A stretch of DNA of 37,615 bases from a virus. Lineage: Duplodnaviria > Caudoviricetes. Shown here piece by piece: positions 32,663 through 37,615 of this stretch. How positions within the stretch are numbered: the stretch's first letter is position 1; the number at the start of each line of letters is the position of its first letter. The stretch lies in IMG/VR virus record IMGVR_UViG_3300046705_000093, positions 1 to 37,615 of that record, one strand, 5' to 3'. The notes beneath the pieces are model-generated. The model worked only from the letters and a program-made list of their open reading frames with translations. It did no database searches and had not been told where the DNA came from. Position numbers and translations under genes: made by a program.

Positions 32663-35600
32663 TGCCTTTCTCCGCCTCATCAAAGGCTCGCCGTATCGTG
32701 AAGAGATTGTTCCACGGGAGCAATTGCCGGGCGTTATGCGTGTCGCGTTCCGCCCATTCCCGTGTGCCGAGCGCAGCATTGAGGGCATCAAAGCTGTCTT
32801 CCGCCAACCCAAAGCCAGGACCGAGCAGAGATGCCGTCAAATTGCGCGACGCGTACCGGCTGATTTGCTTTCCGGTCAGCGCCGCCATGCCGAGACGGCC
32901 ATCGGTGGCCTTTTCGGCGATGTTATTAAATTCCATAAGCACACCCGCAATACCGGACCTGTCAAACGCATTGCCGAGGAACTGCTTCACGTCCTCTTCG
33001 TTGCCCCAGTCGATTTCAACCGGACGGCCGCTGAGTTCGCCTTTCAGGATATGAACCATGCCGCCGAGCGCGATTGCGATCGCAGCGCCGTTCAATGCGT
33101 TCAGATCCTTCTGCTGAAGCCCGGAGATCAGCATCTTCTGCGTTGCCGAGATCGCGAAGCTCTTGAACTGCAGAAGCATTGCGCCGGTCAGGCTGGAGGC
33201 GAATTTCGGACGCTCGCCAAGCGACGGCGTAACGATGAGCCGGTCAACTTCCTTGCGAAGTGCCACGCGGAGCGCCTCAATGGCCGGGCGCATGCCTTCG
33301 TCCCATTGCGCCGTATTGGCGGACCAGACGTTGGATTCCTTGTGACCGTGCTTCTTGAACTGCCCGCCGATCTGGCGCAAGGCACCCTCAGAGATACCGA
33401 GGTCGGCGAAATATTCGATTTCCTTCTGCTTCAGCGGCTTTCCTGATATAAGGCGCTCGGCCCCGCGAAGAATCCGCGTTTGCGTGATCGTTCCGGCGAG
33501 CTGCTTCATGACCGAGTTCCACGGAGCCATCAGCGAGACGAAACCGAAATTGCGCCCTGCCGCCTGGATGCCGCGTTCGAACTTCGTATTGCGGCCGAAC
33601 GTGTCGGTGATGTCGGCGATCCGCATGGCGCGATTGTCCGTGACCATCTCCAGCGCGCCGGAGAGCCATTTGGTTTCATCGCCAGCCTTCTTGTATTTCG
33701 AGAAGCTGCGGAACATCGGGATGATGCCGTCACCAAAGGTTCCCATGACACCATGAACATGGATGAAGCGGGAGGCATCGGGAATCGCCGATATCGTCAT
33801 GCCGCCAAGCATACGCATATAGTTGAGCGTCATCATACCGCGAATGGCGCGCACGTGAAAAGCGTCCGGGTTTTCCGGAATTCTGTAGGTTCCCCGGAGC
33901 CGGTCCCGGATTGCACCGAGATTGTGGAAGTCTTCATTCTTCTGCTTATGCAGGCGCTTGCGGATTTGCGGATCATCCGTCGCCGCCGCCATTCTTGCAT
34001 ATTCTTCGTTGATCTGCTTGAACTGCAACTCCATATCCGGCTTGCCGAACCGTGCCGTCAGTTCGATATCAGGAGCCATCGTATGGACATAGGCGCGCAT
34101 CAGGACATCGATATCGTTTTCCAGCCATTGTTCAATGCGAGCGTCCGGGATCATGAACTGGCGGGCGGCGAGCGGGCCGCGCACGTCCATATCGACGCCG
34201 CCGTAATTGCGGTTCGAGACTTTGTTCATATCGGCGTCGTAGGACAGACGGCCTTCCGGTGTACCGAGGATGCGGTCGATGATCTGGGTTGCGGTTTCTT
34301 CGAGTTCGATGGTTTCCTTTTCCGTCTGCGCTGCGATCTGGCGCGCGGCTTTCATCACGGCCTTGTCGGCGCTTGCGAGCCGGTCGGCATCTGCGTCGCG
34401 GCCTTCTTCGGTCTTGCCGCGTGATTTCAGCGCCGATTTGGCTTCGTCCGCCGTCTTGCCCTGGTAGGATTCAACCAGCTCCTCAATTTGCTTGCGCAGA
34501 TCGCGAATAACCGCGTTTTGTTCATTAAGGATTTTACTATCGGATGCATCCTTGGCGGCGGCCGTCTTCGTGTCAATCTCTTTGCCTGCCCTGGAGCGTT
34601 CAAGATCGCGCTTCGCCCGCACTTTCATGCGGTCGGATGCAAGTTTGGTGCTTTTCGCCGCCGTCTCATACTCGTCGATTAGATCGAGCAAACGTCCGCG
34701 CACCATCGCATTGTTGATCTCGGTTTCCTGAAGCCACTTCGTGATCACATCGCGGAATTCGGTGCGCTCGGCGACGATACGCTCTTTGTTATAAATCCGG
34801 TTCAGGTAGGATGCGGCGGTCTCCGGCGTGACATCTTCCGGTAGGAGTTTCAATTCGATCGCACGCTGCAACAACGGATCGAAGACTTCCTTGCGGAGCA
34901 CCTTCGCGGCTTCTGCGACTTCCGGAATGTCATGCTCATCGCCCCGGCGCATGGCGGCAGAGACCGCTTCCCGGAACTGGCGATAATCCATCTTGCCTGC
35001 CGGAGGCCCGGCCGTTGCATCTCGCAGCGATGTGACGGTCAGATCGCCGGGGATGCGTCTTGCCACGCCCTTGCGGTATTTGATGAACAGATTGTCCAGC
35101 GCCTTGAAACCGGCGGCGATATTGGTATCGTAGAGCTTGACGCGGGTTTCGACCGAACCGGGCTGGCCAAGTTCAGCGCCGCCGCGCGCCGTGACGATCC
35201 ATGATTTGTGATCCTCATAGGTCAGCGCCGTTTCGGCAAGTTCGTTAACCCAGCTACGAGCCGCACGTGACGGCGAGTTCTGGAGCCGCATGGCGGGCGA
35301 AAGGAAGGCCAGCGCCTTCTCTGTGCCGAGTGCGCCTTTCAGCCGTACATCGCCTTGCTGAGATGTCTGAGCGCCTGCTGCGGTGAAGCCTGTCGATGTT
35401 GCGTCCGTCCGGCGTTCTGGCGCGGCTCTTGCGCCGATGTCGCCCTGTTTGATGGCGCGGAACAGATCCTCAATCGTCTGCGGTCCACGGCCGCGGATAT
35501 AGTTGGCGATCCGTTCGAGATAGGCCGTGATGCGATCGAAGATCTTAGCGAGTGCGCCTTTCTGGATTTCATCGCCCTTCACATGGCGCTGGTAGGCGAG

Positions 35601-37615
35601 CGCAAAGGATTCTTCGATAATGCTTTCATCGTCGAGCGATCGACCGTATATTTTCTGGTAATCCTTGATCAAAGGATTATCCAGCCAGCCCTTGCTTTTC
35701 GCTGATGCCTCGATCAGTCGCCATTCAGTTGGACGGAACAATCCACGCTCTTTTAGCGCGTGAACGGCCTCATGATGCAGGCTGTTCACTGGATCGAGCG
35801 CGGCGCGGGAGATCGTGACCAGCATCTTCTCGCGCTCGAACTTGGCTTCTGCGACGAGATCTCCTTGCTGATTGCGGCGCATGGCCAGTGTCGCCTGCGG
35901 TTCTCTAAGGAACTCAAGGCGAGTGCTGAAGTCCCTGTCATTGCCTGAATTTCGCTTGAACCCAAGGGACTCGTAAAAATCTACGAGTTTCGCTTTCGAA
36001 ATGCCAGCGTCCATCGGATCGGCGCTCAGGCCGACGCGCAAGCCGCGCACATCTGCCTCGCGTAAAAATTGCTGCATTGCTTGGCGGGCGCTACCCTGGC
36101 CACGTTTTGCTTTTGGCGTCTTAACAAGGATCAGCTCGACAAGATTATCCTTGCCAACACCATAAGTAATTTCCGTGTCGCCCACCTCTGCAACGCGCGA
36201 CCCACCGCCCGGATTTTCGAAATCAAATGGGCTTTTCTTAAGCGCAAACATCTGATCGACAACGCCCTGCCGTTCTTCAGCAGAGACAGGCTCGCCGTTC
36301 TTTTTCGTGATCTTGACGAGGCTGTCATCGAAAATCACGATGTTGCGGGTATCACCCTGCGTTGCTGTCACCGTCCCATCTTCAAGAAGCGCAATGGCGC
36401 GCTTTGCTGCTGGGTCTTCGTCAGACGCGGCGCGGAGTTTTGCCTTTGCGCGGTCGATATTCTGATCGTTGCCAAATGCCCATTCAAGAACGCTGCGCTC
36501 TGCTGATGGAACGCTATCCGGTATGTCCAGTTTAAAAGCTCTGGAGCCTTGATCCAGATAGCGGATGCCGGGGATGCCAGCCTCGCGGAGCTTCTGCGAC
36601 GCCATTTCGCGCCCGTCCACGTTGCCACGTTGCATCCCTCGCGGACCAGAGAGGCGGTCATAGAGCAGGCTTGCATTGACTTTGGCAATCGCACCATTGC
36701 GCTTCCACGCCTGATATACCTCATCTTCAGCCAATGCGCTGTCGAAAAATTCCTGAACATGCGCGCCCTGTTTCGATAGTGGCAAATCCCAATCCAGCAA
36801 CTGCTCTGGCTCTACGTCGATCTCGACTTCGTAGAGGCCGCCGGAACGTGGGTCGACAGTGACCTCGCCGCTTTTGACAAGCTGATGAAGCTGCGCGTGC
36901 TGGTCGGAGTATTTGCGATTGCTCCATGTCATATCCAGGAATTCGGAGAGCGTGGCGCGATCAGCACCAACATTGTTCACATATTCCTGCCATTGAGTGC
37001 GGGCGAATGCCTGCATTTCCGGCTCGACAGTGTCGAAAAATCTTAAGCTTTCGGCATCGACCTTCCCTAGTTTGAGCTGGTACGCCTTCGCAACATTTGG
37101 CTCTTCGGCAAAATATAAGCCGTGCCCGAACGCCTGCGCGCCTTCTCCCGTTCCGATCCGGTCCATTGAGAACCTGTCGAAATCATGGGGAGAGCCGTGG
37201 AACGCGCGAAGCGCGAACATCTGGTCTACGGCTTGCTGGCGCTCAGCCGCCTTAACAGGCTTGCCGTTCTTTTTCGTGATCTTCAGGATTGAGTCATCGA
37301 AAATGACATAGTTCTCTGCACCAGAATCTCCGGTGAACCGAACACCGGAAACGCCGATCTCGCGCAATGCAGCGCTGGCACGGTCGGACCCGCCAAGCGT
37401 TGCGGCGAGCGAGCGGTAAGCGTCCGCGAAGTATCGCTCAGCTATGCCCTTGTCATTGAAGAATGCTTGCACATCCTCTGATTGCTCAGATAGCTTTGCG
37501 TCCCAGTCCGCTAATTGCTCGCGCTCGGCATTTACCTCGACTTCATAGAGCACGCCGGGCGATTCAATGTCAGCGGCTTTTACCAGCGCGATATCCGCCA
37601 ACCTCTGGTCAATAT
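32631..37615 (-). CDS. Large polyvalent / internal virion (ejection-like) protein, 5' end outside the window
   Basis: Frame open to the window edge; FHGSPHDFDRF..IGTGEGAQAFGHGLYFAE (ART-like), GNAT (RGQGSA..LVDFYESLGF), HHEAVH metallopeptidase motif, long helical C-terminus. Confidence 0.85.
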   Translation of the reverse strand, partial: IDQRLADIALVKAADIESPGVLYEVEVNAEREQLADWDAKLSEQSEDVQAFFNDKGIAERYFADAYRSLAATLGGSDRASAALREIGVSGVRFTGDSGAENYVIFDDSILKITKKNGKPVKAAERQQAVDQMFALRAFHGSPHDFDRFSMDRIGTGEGAQAFGHGLYFAEEPNVAKAYQLKLGKVDAESLRFFDTVEPEMQAFARTQWQEYVNNVGADRATLSEFLDMTWSNRKYSDQHAQLHQLVKSGEVTVDPRSGGLYEVEIDVEPEQLLDWDLPLSKQGAHVQEFFDSALAEDEVYQAWKRNGAIAKVNASLLYDRLSGPRGMQRGNVDGREMASQKLREAGIPGIRYLDQGSRAFKLDIPDSVPSAERSVLEWAFGNDQNIDRAKAKLRAASDEDPAAKRAIALLEDGTVTATQGDTRNIVIFDDSLVKITKKNGEPVSAEERQGVVDQMFALKKSPFDFENPGGGSRVAEVGDTEITYGVGKDNLVELILVKTPKAKRGQGSARQAMQQFLREADVRGLRVGLSADPMDAGISKAKLVDFYESLGFKRNSGNDRDFSTRLEFLREPQATLAMRRNQQGDLVAEAKFEREKMLVTISRAALDPVNSLHHEAVHALKERGLFRPTEWRLIEASAKSKGWLDNPLIKDYQKIYGRSLDDESIIEESFALAYQRHVKGDEIQKGALAKIFDRITAYLERIANYIRGRGPQTIEDLFRAIKQGDIGARAAPERRTDATSTGFTAAGAQTSQQGDVRLKGALGTEKALAFLSPAMRLQNSPSRAARSWVNELAETALTYEDHKSWIVTARGGAELGQPGSVETRVKLYDTNIAAGFKALDNLFIKYRKGVARRIPGDLTVTSLRDATAGPPAGKMDYRQFREAVSAAMRRGDEHDIPEVAEAAKVLRKEVFDPLLQRAIELKLLPEDVTPETAASYLNRIYNKERIVAERTEFRDVITKWLQETEINNAMVRGRLLDLIDEYETAAKSTKLASDRMKVRAKRDLERSRAGKEIDTKTAAAKDASDSKILNEQNAVIRDLRKQIEELVESYQGKTADEAKSALKSRGKTEEGRDADADRLASADKAVMKAARQIAAQTEKETIELEETATQIIDRILGTPEGRLSYDADMNKVSNRNYGGVDMDVRGPLAARQFMIPDARIEQWLENDIDVLMRAYVHTMAPDIELTARFGKPDMELQFKQINEEYARMAAATDDPQIRKRLHKQKNEDFHNLGAIRDRLRGTYRIPENPDAFHVRAIRGMMTLNYMRMLGGMTISAIPDASRFIHVHGVMGTFGDGIIPMFRSFSKYKKAGDETKWLSGALEMVTDNRAMRIADITDTFGRNTKFERGIQAAGRNFGFVSLMAPWNSVMKQLAGTITQTRILRGAERLISGKPLKQKEIEYFADLGISEGALRQIGGQFKKHGHKESNVWSANTAQWDEGMRPAIEALRVALRKEVDRLIVTPSLGERPKFASSLTGAMLLQFKSFAISATQKMLISGLQQKDLNALNGAAIAIALGGMVHILKGELSGRPVEIDWGNEEDVKQFLGNAFDRSGIAGVLMEFNNIAEKATDGRLGMAALTGKQISRYASRNLTASLLGPGFGLAEDSFDALNAALGTREWAERDTHNARQLLPWNNLFTIRRAFDEAEKGINQALGVPAR

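Larger units (their letters stand above)
1..37615. mobile_element. Temperate phage genome segment (alphaproteobacterial host; probably podovirus-like); both ends lie outside the window
   Basis: CI/Cro switch, ERF/YqaJ, xis/int, tRNA cluster, endolysin/spanins, tail fibre and giant internal-virion-like protein; no host housekeeping genes seen. Confidence 0.93.

Noticed and set aside
32370-34424. Long plus-strand ORFs (358 and 314 aa)
   Set aside because: Antisense to the giant protein; typical high-GC shadow frames

Overview
The whole window looks like part of a temperate phage genome of an alphaproteobacterium, probably Hyphomicrobiales/Rhizobiales-type (GcrA homolog, Omp25/RopB-like porin, tRNA-His lacking G-1 with U72/A73). 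Left to right: a leftward early arm (porin, DNA methyltransferase, GcrA, Cro); a CI/Cro switch with three 17-bp operators; a long rightward early arm of small genes (ERF + YqaJ recombination pair, HNH, several XRE HTH proteins, a stand-alone CapW/BrxR-like winged HTH, ASCH-like proteins); excisionase and tyrosine integrase followed by an apparently intact attP; a seven-gene tRNA cluster interrupted by a 3.2-kb IS1595 element with five passenger genes; a leftward lysis cassette and tail fibre; an accessory (moron-like) block; and the 3' part of a very large polyvalent, probably virion-injected protein. Most unusual: (1) a tRNA-Tyr(GUA) with no D-arm whose D-stem partner strand and D-loop GG appear relocated into the variable-arm loop (pseudoknot); (2) three tRNA-Leu without long variable arms, plus systematic position-37 changes across the cluster; (3) a WYL-less copy of a defence-regulator DNA-binding domain; (4) IS1595 cargo resembling defence/TA pairs; (5) direct repeats bracketing single early genes. 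Product calls come from motif recognition by eye, not database searches.
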